DNA from: Raillietiella orientalis
Taxonomy: Eukaryota
NCBI GenBank assembly: GCA_036172245.1
Contig: JAYWIR010000020.1
Location: 1,674,001 to 1,738,000 of the forward strand
Direction: 5' to 3'
DNA: 64,000 bases
Made by a program: the position numbers and the translations under genes. The notes beneath the pieces are model-generated. The model saw nothing but the letters and a program-made list of their open reading frames with translations, was not told the origin of the DNA and ran no database searches. Shown here piece by piece: positions 38,151 through 52,640 of this stretch (the stretch's first letter is position 1; every line of letters starts with the position of its first letter).

Positions 38151-39849
38151 TCTACGTGTACGGTTATACAATCAATTTTCGTCAATAAATACGACACTTC
38201 CATTCGCTTCTTCCTTCATAATTTGAATACTGCAAGCAGTTCACAATACCCACATCCAGATGTGGGTATTGTGAATTTCATTTTCATTGATCTGAACACA
38301 TCCGTGTAGTCAACGGTACACATACATTGGAGTGCACGAAAATTTTATGTTTTTACTTATCCTAAAAATTTTTTCCACCATATCCATTATATTGATGCTT
38401 TGAAATCTTTATACTTGTGTCTACGTGAAGAAATGTTGCTATCAACAATATTTTTACGTTATGTAATCTCTATAATACTTGCCATTCCATTCATTGATCT
38501 CTTTATGAATTTATATATTAGTATGTATAAGAAACAAGTGTCTTGATTTTGAATTTCTTTCGGTATTTAAGTTCTTGTAGATTCTATTTTGGAAACTTGT
38601 TTCCTTCGGAATATCGAACATTTTTTTTTTTTGGAGGATTCGCTTAGCTTATTGCTAGTGTAATAAAATAAGAAAAGCTCCGGAAAAGCACTTGGTTGCC
38701 AAGGAGTTTACAAGAGATGCCTTAGCGCAAGCAAATAGAAATTTACAGTCCAGTGCTTCAGCGGACCCTCGAGCTCTTCAGAAAATGCGTGAGAGGCTGT
38801 GGAAATTTGCAAGTCATTCCTAAAGTGGTTGCTCCGCGTCGCGACATAGGACTCGCATCCCATGCGGTCGCTGTGGATGAAGGGACATCTCTGGGTACGG
38901 AGGAGTGCTTTTGGTTAGCATGCCTGCCACCTGGAAAGCTGAAGAAAGACGTTGGTCTTCTCTGGAGAGCAGACAAGTGGGAGTAGAGGGAGCTCCTCCT
39001 CAGCATCGTGGGCTAGCGTTGTGACCATTCGTGGAGGCGCTGCCAACGGAGGCTCTTCATCTCCGTTTGCTCTGCAAAGCCACTGAATTCCTAATGCCCT
39101 AAATGCAGTTTCAACCACAGAATTTCTCACGTTCGGTGCACGTAAACTTTGTGATTTCTTTTGATGGATCGATCAAATTCCAGCATTTTGTTTCCTTCCA
39201 CATTTCGTTGGTGACGGTCAGCGTGGTCGAATATTCATAAAAACATAATTCTGCCTGCACTCTTATGTGGTTCTTGCGGTCGGTAAAGCCAACCGCAGAG
39301 TAACGTTCTTTTCGCTTTGCGATTTTCAGAACATGAGAACACATTTTGTTCGTGCAAAACGGCGATCGCCAAATATAGTCAGTTTGGAGCTGAAGTGAGT
39401 ACGTATTGATTCTTTCACGATTGCACAACTCCATAGTGGCAGTGAGAGAACGATAAAGACTTTATTTTATCATTACGAGGCAAAAGTCATTCAACACTAC
39501 TGTCAGCGCTTTCCTATAAAGTGCTTTTCATCGTGGGGCTGCAGGAATAACATCCAGCAAGTGTTATTCGCGGGAAAAATGCAATTTGCTGAAAATGGAG
39601 TCATCCTGGTGGAGATTACGGGATCTGGCATTTGTCTGGAAAAGAATTTTGGTTTACAAATGCGGTATTTCCATTGGAGAGTGGGAACGCTTTGCCTATC
39701 ATAGTTTGAATTTCGAAAACGTAGTGTGGCTCATTTGTGTAAGAAATTCGGATTCGTACGTTGCAAATTTCATTTTGAATGACCTCGACACAACCGCATG
39801 GTCAATAATACACATGTACTGAAGTCAGACAAAACGCAAATTCGGAGCA

Positions 39850-41330
39850 TGGTGGTGGTAACGCAGGTGAGTTGCGAATAGCTTTGATTGCCATTTGAGA
39901 TTCCACGAAGACGATAAAAAGTGCCCATCCTTTGCAGGATGCCGTCGAGGTCCATCCGTATGCTTCCCAGGTGGGGCCATCTGGTCGCAATCCGCAGGAA
40001 GCGAACTGCGAACTCCATGGCGTCCCTTTCGCTACTTCCTCTGCTCGCTTCTCTCTACGCTTCCACGATCCCTCCGGATCCTGGTGAGGTCGTTCTGGAT
40101 ACTCCTCAGGTGGGGCCAGCGGGTGGCTATTCTCATGAAGCGAACTGCGTATTCGGTGACGTCCCTTTCGTTGCTTCCTCCTGTGTCGATGTCGCTCTAG
40201 GCAGCTACAATCCTGCGAATGCAGCAAAGTGCTTCCAGAGCTGCGGCTGGTTGCATGGCGTCCCTCACAAAGAAAAGCCGTAAAACGTGCCTGGAAGGGC
40301 TGCCAACCGAGATCCGGAGGGCAACGCAGTCCATTACCAGGTGCGGGAGGGATTCCCGTTCCCAGCATCCAGTGGTTGTGGCGCGCGCTACAGCGAAGAC
40401 CCCAGTGCAACAGCAATAGCGCTATATCCTGCCACTCTGGGGGGAAGATCCTCGTATCTTTCATTACTGTAAGCCAATCTATAGGTTCACAGATGAAATA
40501 CCGAGTAGCTCTGCCCATCTCTAAAGTCCTCGCGGTTGGACATTCGGGATGGTGGCGGACGCCACCATCCTTTCCCCATGCTCCAACCACTCATTTTGTC
40601 TGTGGCTGCGATCTGGAAGGACACCAGCCACCTCGGCTTCCGGTTGCTGCCAACTTCCTTCCTTAGAAACGACATCTCGTAGCTTAGGGGGTCATCCACG
40701 CCCTCGTGCTCCAGGCGGGGCACTCCGATATGCTCCGCAGCGAGCAGAGGGCATAGGTGCCGACTCACAGGCACTTCCACGTCTCGTTTCTCCCCTCGTT
40801 GATCTTCGCCCACGTACCAACTCCTGGAAAGCACGTTCTACTTGACGCAACGGACCGATCACCAGCTGTTTTTTCTGGAGATGATCTGACTAGGGTTCTG
40901 GTGGACAGAAGTCCTCCAACGGAACGCCAAGGTACTTTATGTACCTCACCACGGAAATCCTTAAGTGGATTTAGTCAGGCCGTCCGGCCCACGTCGCACC
41001 AACTGCCACCACCGACGCCTTTGCTCTGTTTACCCGGAGTCCAGTCCCGCGGCTCAACAGCTCGAAAAAATCCCAGACTGCGGATGCCGGTGAGGGACAT
41101 GGGCAGCAGGAGCAGAAGATCGTCAGCATACCCCGACAGGGCCGGAGTACCGGGACACAAGCTTGGCAAGGTGGCCAGAGTCGCCATGTATGCTCTCAGC
41201 ACCAGTTCGAAACAGGTGCTGAAGTGCAGGGGACTCAGACCTGCCTGATGCCGCGCCGCACCGGCACGCCGTACACGTTTTGACTCCTGAGAAAGACGTT
41301 GATTATCTCCCAGCGCCAGCAAGAGCGCAG
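39850..41330 (-). mobile_element. Tx1-type LINE fragment (RT to C-terminus)
   Basis: FELVLRAY...PALSGYADDLLLLL; WQDIALLLLHWGLRC. Confidence 0.85.
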
Positions 41331-41399
41331 GCACGCCGTTAAGAAGGGGAGGAAGTCCATGCGATCCAAGAGCTCCAGAAGGAGCTCCTGGTCCTTGCA

Positions 41400-43010
41400 G
41401 TCGAACGCTTTGCGCCCTGCGGCAACCCCAGGGACGTCCTGAAAGCCCTCTTCGTTGCCGATGCCCTTCGGCCAGCGGCCTCGTTAGCAGCCCTGTGCTG
41501 CCTTTGCGGGATCGTCGCCGCCTGGAGCAAGGCTACGGGAGAACCACACGACCAGGGTGCCATCCAGCCAGCCTCCCAGTTCCTGAGGAGGGCGTCCCGA
41601 TGGCCCCACCTGGATCCAGCAATACAGGAGCTTGCCGGCATCCTGCAAAGGATGCAACGGCCCCACCAGCTACAGTGATCCCTTCCCTTACCCTCCCAAC
41701 TTTTCTTTTCTTTTTTGTTTTGTTTTTTGTTTTTCCCCCTTCCCCCTGCTGCCGTGGTGGACCGTACCGGACTGTGAACCGATGACCCGGCAGGCTCTGT
41801 GTTTCTTCGTGCGTGGCTGGAGCAATGGTCCAGCCACTGCACGTCTTTGTAAATGTTTATTAAACAATAAACGCCTCGGCGAAATCCGGGTGAAAATCGA
41901 ACGCTTGGGGCAGACGTGTTTTCTTGGTGCTCCTCGGTGCCGGGAACCCTCCTTCAAGTGCGTGGAGTTCGGTGGTTCGGTGGTCTATCAGGCAGCAATT
42001 CCTGACACGACCACCAATGAGTGCCAGGGGGAGGCAGCCACGTCGACCCCAGGGGCAATGGAGGTGGGGGCATCCGCCCCGTTCCCGCTGCAGCGCGGTC
42101 ATGGAGCGCCGTGGTAGCGGCGCCTACACCTGCAGCCGCATTGGAATTGAGTGCCTACGTGGAGTAAGGCTACAACCCCTCGTTGCTCTACAAGGCAGGC
42201 AACTTATATTCTTCACAGAGTGAGCGCTCTCAACATGCTCGAGGAAGAACTCTGTGCGATGACTATCCGGAGCGGGGGGAAGTACGTTGAAGTAATCCGG
42301 CAGCAGACAAATCCGGCTCATCGGCAGCTGAAAACCCCCGTTGCGATGGAGAACCGCAGCCTTCTATTACGGTGGACTCTCAGCTCCCTATTAAGGTGGA
42401 CCACAGCATTGTGGTGTACCTATTAGGTGTCACCACGCGGATGCGGAGGGAAGTCCTCCGCGCCGAGCTAGAAGAATACCGCACGGTCCACACGCAGTGA
42501 TCCATGCCTTCTCCCTTTGTGGAGCATGCTGGACTACAGTGCGGCCTTGCGGCCGCGCTTACCACCATCCGTGAGGGCTGTGGGCTTCCTCACAAACTAG
42601 TGGTCGCCGGTGAAACGGTCGACCTGTGGAAAGCCCAAATACTGTGGCTTTTGCAATACGTCGGGCCATCTTAAAAAGAGGTGCCCGAACGTGCAGTCCC
42701 AAGTATATGACGCAATGGGCCACACCCGTGAGGTGTGCCCAAAGGCAACAGTTCGCGTCGCACCTGCGACAAACGCAAAAAAGCGCGCGAAGCAATTGCA
42801 AAAAAAGCGTGCGGAGAAAGCTGCCGCGAAAGCTGTGCCACCCGCGCCCAAGGACAGGCCACATCCGAGACCCCGGCGGACAACGCCGAAAAGGTCGAGG
42901 AAAACGGCCAGGAGCCTGGATGGCAGGTAGCCACTTCCAAAAAAAAACAAAAAAGAAAAGCGTCAGGCTAAAAAACTCGCACAAAGCAGCGAAAATCCGC
43001 CTCCTAGCGA
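41400..43010 (+). mobile_element. LINE 3' end (41400-41897) followed by ORF1 fragment with CCHC knuckles (about 41950-43010)
   Basis: 3' UTR ending aataaacgcctcggcgaaatccgggtgaaaa; KPKYCGFCNTSGHLKKRC; degraded GYNP.LLYK.GNLYS shared with 29600 and 49900. Confidence 0.8.
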
Positions 43011-43199
43011 CGAAATGAAGAGCTGCAGAGTGGTCGTTTGTTACTCGGTTGCGTCGGGACGTTTATTAATAAGAGATCATCTGGGAACACAGTTCCCAGG
43101 GGAGGGGAACAGAAGTTAAGTGGAGGGTTTCCCGACACGCAGGTCGGGCATACTGAGAGCTCAGAACTGCAGGGAGGGGACAGTAAATAAATAAAAATA

Positions 43200-43960
43200 G
43201 TGGGCGGATAGGGGCAGGGGTCTGCAGCTTCAGCCGTTCCTATTCTCAGAACCGGCGATGAATGACGGCAATCTCGTCCTCACTTCTTCGTCGAGGTGTG
43301 GCCACCCGGCAGCCAGCTGCAGATTGCAGGCTGCACTGTCGGGGACCGATGTTGGGAGCGCTCGCAGCTGCAATGCAATACGTGGCGGACCCTGACAGTG
43401 GCGCGGCCGCAGCAGATGATTGCGACGACCGCTCCTAGAGAAAGACCGCCACGCGTGAAGAAGCGGCTCATCCAGTCCATTGCGGTGTCCCCTGGATGCA
43501 GGAGCGCTGAAGACAGCCTCCGCCACAGTCCCTGGAGGGCACCGCAGTCGAATAGCAGGTGCGGGAGCGATTCCACCGCTCCGCATTTTGCAAAGTTCGG
43601 GGACACGACTCCCCCGGACACCAGGTGCGCGCGCTGGTTGGAATACAGACCCCGATGCACCAGCAGAAAAGCGTCCTGTTTCCACCGAACGGGGAACACA
43701 GTCGTGTCCAAGCACGGGGAGGAAACCACGAGTTCTTCGGAGGGCACCCTCAGGAGTTCTCTCCACCGAAGAAGTCCCTTGGCACGAATGCGAGACGTGG
43801 CAGCGTCTGCCAGCGCGTTGGTCCTCCAACCGCTCAGAGGTCGAGATCCGCCTGCGAGAGCGCAGGTGAATTCCCACCTTGCCGGTAGGCCACTGTCTTC
43901 TCGTGCCTTTAGGGTAGACAGCACTTCGGCGAGGGGCGTAGCGGCCAGGCGAGTCCACTT
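43200..43960 (-). mobile_element. Tx1-type LINE C-terminal fragment (second subfamily)
   Basis: WKQDAFLLVHRGL...AKCGAVESLPHLLFDCGAL. Confidence 0.82.
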
Positions 43961-44129
43961 ATCCTAGTTTTGCATCGCCTCCTCCACTGGACAGTATGGA
44001 GAAAGGTTCACGCAACGGAGTTCCAATTGGGACACATCCTGTGGCGCTGCCCAGGACGATAAGGCTTCGTGCCGCCAGGCGCCCGTTGCTGGGGAACGGA
44101 ATGGTCGGGAGGGGCAGGGGGCCCTCGCG

Positions 44130-46235
44130 GTTGCGGTCGATTTGCATAGAGCATTCGACTGCTTCGACCAGAGGCTCCTACTGGAGCTCCTGGAACGCTT
44201 AGACTTCCCGGCCTCTTTGATGGCCTACCTGCGCTCCTGCTGGCGCGATGAGCTCATCCAGATCTCTTTCAGTGTACACACCGTGCATGGCATGCCAGTG
44301 TGACGCGGCATACGGCAGGGTGACAGCCTGAGACCCTTGCTCTTAAGTATCTACTTCGAGTTGGTACTGAGAGCGTACAGGGAAACTCTGGCGCACCTGC
44401 CTCGCGATTGTCCCGGTACGCCTGCGGTGTCAGCGTACGCTGACGATCTTTTGCTATTGCTCCCTATGTCCACCCCGGCTTCCGCAGTCGAGGAGCTCTT
44501 CGACCTGCTATGTCGGATAACAGGGATAAGGGCGAAGTCGTCCGTGATACCAGTTGGTGCGGCGTGGGCAGGCCAGTAGGACTGAGTCAGCTTAGGGATT
44601 CCCATGGCCCGGTACTTTAAATACCTCGGTGTACCGTTAGGGGATTATCTCCCTTCGGATGCGTGTGGTCCAGCTGCCTTCAGAAGGTAGAGACGGCGAT
44701 CGGCCCGTTCCAAGGTGGCAGGTTTTTCCTGCAGGAACGGACCGCGGTGTGGAACGCATTCGCGCCCCCCCCCCCCTCCATTCTTTACTTTTTGTTTGTC
44801 TCCCCACTGCAGAGACAAAAAAGCGGACGAAGAAGGACCTCTTACGGATTACCCTGTGGGGCAGAAGGAGGTCCCGAGTCCGGCTTATGGACTTGAGCAC
44901 TCCACGTCGGGCGGCGGTCTCGGCCTTCTGACGCTGGAGCAGCTGGAGCTTCAGCTCCAGTTTCGTTTACTCACCCTAGTGGCGAAGTATTGGAGCAAAA
45001 GCTGGTGCGACCCTGCACACTCCCTCATCGGTGGGCCACCGGCAGTCGTCCTTCCTTGCGCTCCGTCGTCGCCACCAATTCGGCCACTGCGGTTTGCAGC
45101 TGCGGAGAGTGGCTGATTTGATGAGGAAGAACGTGAGGTGGCTTTCCTGTTGCCCCGTTAACGGAACTGCTTGGCAGCAGGAAACCGATTGCACGTGGGC
45201 AAGGAGCAACTATCAATGCGCCGATCAAGATCGTAGACACCAGTTTGCGCGCAAACCGCCTCACGCTCCGGGAGGTCCTGGAGAAACCCCAAAAAAGAGC
45301 GTGGGCAAGGAGAACTCCCCTCGCTGCAGTGTTACCTTCCCTTGTGGACCACAGGGGCAGCAACACTGCGGCGGCATAGGAAGTTTATGCAAAAATTTCC
45401 GATACGGAGAAGAGATCGGGGAATGGAAAACGGGTCAGCTAATTAACGCAGCGGCCCCGATTACCACTCCTTTTGGACTTTTGCGTGGGGCGAGCTACTG
45501 GATGTTCCGTCGGAACAACTGATGTGGCTCCTGGTGCTGATGGACACCCGTACCCTCCCATTAAAGTTGCAGAAGTCGGCGCTCATGGTGCTGCACTGGG
45601 GTGTCCCGTGCAACGCCTGCCGGCACCATTGGACACTGGGGGCGGTCGACCCAAATTGTTTACGGTGTGGCGGGCGTGAATCCCTTCCCCACCTGCTAAT
45701 GGATTGTGTTGCCCTCCGGCCCCTTTGGAACCGCTTTGCCGCGGCCATCGGGATCTCCTGCGGTAACCCCAGGGACGTAATTAGAACCCTCTTCGTTTGA
45801 GACGCCCTTCGGCCTGCGGCCTCGTTAGCAGCCCTGTGTTGCCTACGAGAGATCGCCACCGCATGGAGCAAGGCAACGCGATAAGAGTGCTGTCCAATGT
45901 GCCGTCGAATTCTTGAGGATGGAGACAGGATGGCTCCATCTGGACACCCAAATGAAAGAAGAGCTTGCAGGCATCCTAGAAAGGATGTAACGGCGTCCCA
46001 GAAGACTGTGAACCCTTCCCTTGCCCGCCAGATGTTTTTTTCTATTTATATTATATTCTATTTTGCTTTTTTTTCTTTTTGTTTTGTCTCCGCCTCCTCT
46101 GCTGTCGTGGTGGACCGTACCGGTTTGCGAACCGGTGACCTGGCAGGCTCTCTACTGTTTGTTTGCGCGTGGCTGGACCACTGGTTAAGCCACAGATTCT
46201 CCACGTTTGATTCGAAAGAATAAACGCTCCGCCGG
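44130..46235 (+). mobile_element. Tx1-type LINE fragment RT to 3' UTR
   Basis: DLHRAFDC, GIRQGDSL, SAYADDLLLLL, KYLG, CLRCGGRESLPHLLMDC, aataaacg end. Confidence 0.88.
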
Positions 46236-46239
46236 GCCT

Positions 46240-46820
46240 TTGTGAGAAGCGAGTTGCCGAATGACGAAGCCCCAGAGTTGCTGACGGAGATGTTCCTCCG
46301 CCTCCGGATGACTAAGCCAATCCGCCAGCATCCTCCAGTTGTTCAACGGAGGCCCCTTGCCTGGCGGGAGGAGCTCGAACTGCAATCTGTGATGTCAGAA
46401 AGCCTGGATGGCAATCTTGCTCTCCTCCCCACTTGGGAATGCAGGTTGTCATCGAGGAAGAAGTGATCCAGCGATCTTTCCATCTCAGTTACGCCGACCA
46501 TCAAGTTGGCAGCGTGCACTGACTCGCACATCTCAATGGCCAGCCAGAGCTCCCTCGGGCAGCTCCAGTCGTCCGAAAGCAGGTGGACGTTGAAGTCCCC
46601 TGCGACAAGGTGCACCACTTGGGGACCGGAGATGTTGAGCCAGTGGCTCTTCACCTCGCCAAAGAATTCTTTTCTCTCGGCGAGGTAGAGAGAGCCACTC
46701 CGCGCGTAGACGTTCGTGACGACGAGATCGATGGGCTAGGACCACTTGATGACAATTTGGCCCACCCGTCCGCCATCGTCGAAACGAACGCTACGCACCG
46801 CTTCCGCCATTTTTCCTCTT
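46240..46820 (-). mobile_element. LINE AP-endonuclease fragment
   Basis: HLVAGDFNVHL, RSLDHFFLD, RLSD motifs. Confidence 0.75.
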
Positions 46821-46823
46821 GCA

Positions 46824-48760
46824 TTTTCACCCGGTCAAGCCGGGACATTTATTAAAACCTTCTGTATTTGAGGTACAAGGCCCCGCTGCGGCCAATAGCA
46901 CTAGGGAACTGCCGGGTGGTCGGTGCGCAGACCGACTTGACACTCCACGTCAGCGGAGGGGGATGGCGAAAAACAAAAATAAAAATAAAAGAAAACTGAA
47001 AAAAGAAAAAATCATATTTCTTTGGAGGGTCAGGAAGGGATCACTGTCTGCTTTGTGGGGTTTCCATCCTTTGCAGGATGCCGATGAGGTCCTTCTGCAT
47101 ATTTTCCAGGTGGAGCCATCGGGTTGCTATTCACAGAAAGCGAGCTGCATACTCTATGACATCCCTGTCTTTTGCATCTTCTACTTCGTCGGATCCACTC
47201 CAAGACGCCACAATACCGCGGATGCAGCTGAGCGCTGCTACGATATCGGCTGGTTGCAGGGAGTCCCGCACGAAGAGTAGCCGAAAAACGTCTCTGGAAG
47301 GGCTACATTCTAGGATCCCTAGGGTCGTACCGAAAAGTTCCCAAAGGGGCCGGAGGGTAACACAGTCAACTAAGAGGTGCGGGAGGATTCCCGTTCCCCG
47401 CACTTGCCACAGTTTGGATTCACTCGTCCCCTTGTCCAGTGGTGGCGGCGTGCATTGCAGGGGAGTCCCCAGTGCAACAGCATAAGCGCCGACTCCTGCC
47501 ATTTTAGGGGAAGGATCCTTCTCCCGGTTATCACTGGGGGCCACTTCAGGTCATCCGTCGAGATGCCGAGCAGCTTGCCCCATTTCTTCATTCATCGCGG
47601 AAGGACTCTCTGGGTCGTGGTGTCCGCCAGCTGTCCCATGGTCCAATAGCTCATCAACTTTTCTCTGCCTGAGATACGGAAAGAGACTTGCCACCTCGGC
47701 GTCCGGCTGCTAATGAGAACCCTCCGTAGGAAGGGCAGCACCGTCGCTAGGCAGGTCGTCTCTGCCCATGTGATCCTGGCTGGACACTCCAGGATCTCGC
47801 GTAAAGTGCAGCGGGCGTATCGGCCGCGTCGCAGGCTATCCCACGTCTCGTGGCTCCTCTGATTCACTACCACCCACGTGCCAACTGTTTCCTTCCAGCC
47901 ATGCGCTGGAGTTGACTGGGCTGCAGATCATCCACCTATTCTCCTTCGCCAGGGTGGCTATTCGTCCGAGGAGAAGGCCGCATCTTCTTATGTTCTTTCC
48001 TCGACATAAGAGATGAGATGCAAGTCCTCCCGTTCCGGATATACGTCTGGCGAGGAGGCGGGCCGGAACACACCAAGGGATGCTCCACAACTTCGCTGCG
48101 ACGGCCAAGGTTCTCCATCGCAGCTGAATTTCCATGCGTTCCAGCATCAGGTGGCCTAGACCGCCATCTCGATGCGGAGCGCACAATTCCATCAAAGGGA
48201 CTCGGGGCCTCCTCTTGCCCCAAAAGGCGATACGCAGGAGGTCCTTCGTCCTCTTCTTTATTTCCATGGGGACGGGGCAAACGAAAAGTAGGGGGCGAAG
48301 GATGTCTCGTCTCCCCTTCAGTTGAAGAAACGGACGAAGGACCTTCGGGGCCTCCCTCTGATCCAAAGGGCGATCCTCAGTAGGTCCTTTGTCCGCCTTT
48401 TCACACCGCAGGGTGGGCAGCAAACAAGAAGCAAGTGCGAAAAAGGGGGACCACGAACGTGTTCCACACCACGGCCCATTCCGGCAAGGGAAACTCCATC
48501 CAGGAACGGGTCGATCGCCTTCTCGGCCTTTTTGAGGCAGCTGGACCACGCCTGCGCCTGAGAGTAGTCCCCCAACGGCACACAGAGGTACTCAATGTAC
48601 CGCACCGTGGGGATCCTTGAGTGGAACCAGTCCTGCTGCCCTGCCCAACGGTCCTTCGACCTGGTGCTCCTTAAGGAGATACACGTGATCTCTGCGGATG
48701 CCGCGGCTAACGAACACGCCGTACACGTGCCGGTCGCTGAAGCAAATATTGATAAGCACA
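46824..48760 (-). mobile_element. Tx1-type LINE 3' half
   Basis: RDGGLG, WQESALMLLHWGLPC, CGKCGERE; 3' end reads aataaatgtcccggcttgaccgggtgaaaa on the minus strand. Confidence 0.88.
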
Positions 48761-48789
48761 GAGAGAACGTTCCAACCTGGACGAGCATT

Positions 48790-50110
48790 TCACGGAGGAA
48801 GAAGTCTCTTCAGCCATAGCGGTGCTCAAGAGGCGGAAGGTGCCAGGCAAGGATGACCTGTCTGCAGAGTTCTTCCAGTGCTTCGCAGCGGAACTCATCC
48901 CCCTGGTATTCAGCCTTTCATCACTGATGCGAGAGACGGGCAATGTGCCCGTCTTGTTCCTCTCAACAAGGGTTTTGTCAGTTCCAGTTGGCTGACGCCA
49001 CCACGCCTTGCAACGTTTCGAAGGGACTCCTTCGATGGAGCGAACTCCTGAGTGTGCCCCCCCGGAGAACTGATCTCTCTCTCGTGCGTAGACACGTCTG
49101 TGTTCCCCCTTCCATGGAAGCAGGACTTGATCTTGCAGGTGCATAGGGCTTACATTGCAACCAGTGTAGCAACATGTTTCCGGGAAAGTTCCCTCCCCGA
49201 ACTGTGGACGGTGCGGAGCAGCGAAAACGCTCCCGCACTTACTCTTCGACTGCGATGTCCTGAAAGGACTGTGGTGGAGGCTGGCTTCAGCTCTCCTCCA
49301 CCAAGGGGAGACCGCAAGGATTCTAATGCGCCGATTCTTCACTCCAGGCGAACTGTCGTTGGGTGCGGTTGTCGCAACGATCTGTTGTATCCGCGCCATC
49401 GACGCGACCCACCGCCAGTTGGAGTCGCAGACGATTTTTCAATAGGTCACTGGAATATTCGACGACAGCATGACGATGGCTGTCAGATTACCTCATTTTC
49501 CAGAAGACGTGAGGAAGGAGATCTCCGGCATCCAGCGCCTGTTCTAAAAGAAAGGAACGGCCGACGCCAATGAACCCTGACACCAACCCCTCAATTTTTT
49601 TTTATATTTTTTATATACTTATTGGTGGTCCCCTCCCTCCCGTTCCAGACTTTTGGATTTACCGGCCTTCGTGTCGCGGTTCCCTCCCTTCGTTTTTCTG
49701 TGCTCTTTGTCCGGGAACTTTGTTCCTGGATAGTTTAGAAATAAACGCCCCGGACCATTCGGGTGAGAAGCACATTAACTCCGCTCCGAACGGAGAGGCA
49801 CACAATCTCCTCTTGCTTGATGCCCATCTTAAGGATGGCATTTCCGAATTTCCGCGTGCTTAGAGGCGAATACAGATTGCTTACCATGTACAGGAGGGCC
49901 GGGTTATAGCTCTCCTGGATGTAGGCTGCAATTTCCGGGGCGACTTCGGGTGTCTCCGCCTCTGCCACTGCGCTCCACGCCCTCGCCGGGGTGGCGGGAG
50001 ACGATCGGGTGGTGGAGCATATCCCCACCTCTATAGGCTGGGGGACCGTGGCCTTCACGGCTCCCTTGCCTGAACATGCGGCGTATTGAGGCATCCCTGC
50101 CCTCCAACGG
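48790..50110. mobile_element. mosaic of LINE pieces: RT N-term and C-term/3' UTR (+, to about 49768) then ORF1 N-term (-, 49770-50110)
   Basis: PGKDDLSAEFFQCF; CGAAKTLPHLLFDC; YIQESYNPALLYMVSNLYSP on the minus strand. Confidence 0.75.
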
Positions 50111-50149
50111 CCGCGATAACACCTTCAGCCGACGGACGCCGAATAGTCA

Positions 50150-52640
50150 GACGCTAGCACTCCTGGTTGTATTCAGAGGTGCCTACGGAACGCAGTCTCT
50201 CCGAGCTGCTTTTCCCCAAGGATACCCCTGTTGTCGACGAATAGGAAGGCGCACGTTTCGACGAGCCCTTCACGGCGGAGGAAATCTCTTCCGCAATCGC
50301 GGGACTCAAGAGACGGTAGGCGCCAGGAGAGGATAGCTTGTCCACGGAGTTTTTCCAGTGCTTTGCGGTGGAGCTCATCCCCCTCGTGCTGAGTCTCTCC
50401 GCTGATGCGAAACACGGGCAATGTCTCCGCCTTGTTCCACTCAGCGAGGGTGCGTCTTGCGCCACCTCAACAACTGGCGTCCGATCACATTAGTGAATTC
50501 GGACGTCAAGTTGTTTTCGAAACTTTGGGTCGCGCGGCTGGGAAGGATCGCGGAGTCTGTGGTAAGTCCGGAGCAGTCGTACGCTGTTCCCAGAAGGTCC
50601 ATGGACGAGAACCTCCTTTTCGCGAGGACATGGCTGCAATTACAGTATCGCGTGGCGCTGGATGGTCGAACAACAGCGAGAGCTGCTAACGATCACAGGA
50701 GTAAAGGCAATCCACAGGAAGAAACGCCGGGAGTTTTCGCGGTCGCAGCCGACTTGCACAAGGCATTCGACTGCGTCAATCAGGACCTCCCTCTGTGGCT
50801 CTTGGAACGTGGCAAAGCTGCTTATTTACCTGAACTCCTGCTGGCGCCACACGATTACCAGCATCTTTTTCAGCGGCTGTCGCATTTACAGCGTGTCTGT
50901 GAGGAGGAGCATCCGGACGGGAGACAGTTAAAGCCTTCTGCTTTCCAGCATCTTCTTTGAGATGGTGCCGAAGGTTTATAGGCTGACGCTGGCCTTCCTT
51001 CCAAGCTCCTGTCCAGGCATCTCGGCCGTGGCAGCCTACGCAGATGACCTTCCCTGTTGCCCATGCCCACTCCGGCGGCCTCACTCGAAGATTTCTTTGA
51101 GCTGATCCGTCGCGGAGTGGGAGTGAGAGTCAACAGGAGCAAATGCATGGTCGTCCCGGTGGGAGCGTCGAGGGAAGGGCAGTCAGACTGGATCCGTCTG
51201 GGGATCCCTACGGGCAGGTACCTCAAGTACCTCAGAGTGCCATTGGGTGACTTCTCCGCTGCAGAACCGTGGTCGGACTGCTTTCAGAAAACAGAGAGTG
51301 CTCTTGGCCCGTTCCTCGGTGGCAAGTTCATCTTGTCGAAACGGGCAGCCATATGGAACAGCTTCGTTGTCTTCTTCGTATGCCCCTTGTTTTTTGTTTG
51401 CCCACCCTCCCAGGCAATCAAGATCGTGCGCAGCGTCTCCTACGCAAAGCGTTGTGGGGAGTTGCAAGGTCCCGGATCAGATTAAAACATCTGGTGACGC
51501 CGCGACAGGATGCCGGTTGACGATAAACAAAATCAAACTGCAGGTGCAGTTTCGATTTCTGGCACTATGTGCCTAACTCTGGTGTATGGTGCCTTCCTGT
51601 GCACCTTATTCTTCGGCGATGCACTGGCAGAGGACTATTTTCGTTTCTGCCTCACTTTCCGCACACCAGAAAAAGATTTGGCTTCCCGCTGAGGCAGCTG
51701 TCCTCGCTAATGGAAGCTCAACGTTGGATCTCCTGTCGCTCTTTGAGCATTAATGCGTGGCGCTAGGAGTCGATTGCGTCATGGACTGCTTCGGAAAGGA
51801 TGCGCTCGGAAGATCTTCGAGCCTGCGACTCCTCTTGAGTCATCCTCTGGAAGACATCATGCTCGGCAAGAAGAAATGGGATTGTCCGCCACACCACTTG
51901 CCGCAGCGCTGTCTGCTCTCAGAGCAAACAACGACAGTAGCCTACCGACTAGGTGGGAAGTCTCCTTCAGCATCTCAGGGGAGACGAAACTCCTTAGCAA
52001 CTGGCGGACGAAGGAGCTGGTGCATGCCACCACTCCTTCCAATCGGGCGAAGGGACTTCTCCGGTGTAGCGAACTCTTAAGTGTGCTCCCCGAAGACATA
52101 GTGGTCCTCTCTGCTTGTTTGGACAGCTCCGTGTTCCACTTGAGATTGCAACAAGATGTGCTCTGTTTTTACACTGGGGTTCCCACTGTAATCAGCGACG
52201 CAACATCGTTTCCGGAGGAGCTTTCTCTCCGAACCGCTCTAGGTGTGGGACGATCGAGTCGTTCCTGCGCCTCTTGCTTGAATGCGGTGACCTCAGAGAA
52301 CTGTGGCTGAGATTGGTTTCAGCCGTTTCGCTACAGGAAGACACTGAGATGGACCTGCTGCAGCGTTTCTTCATGCGAAGCGGACTTCCGGTTGGCGTGA
52401 TAGTCTCTACGATCTGTTGCATTCGCGTCATCGTCAATGCCCATTACTTCTTGGAAACGAGAGCGCAGAGAAAGAAGGTCCACTGTGAGACAGCCACCTA
52501 AATGGGAACAGCTGCAAGGTGGCACCACCTGGAAGAACAAGCGAGAGAGGAGATCGATGGCATTGATCTCCAGATGGACTTTTAAGAACGGCTGACCCCG
52601 GTGAACCTTGCCACCTCCCAACCTCCATTCATTAATTTAT
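50150..52640 (+). mobile_element. Tx1-type LINE ORF2 fragment (RT through C-terminal finger)
   Basis: NWRPITLVNSDVKLFSK, ADLHKAFDCV, AYADD, RYLKYL, RCGTIESF.RLLLEC. Confidence 0.88.
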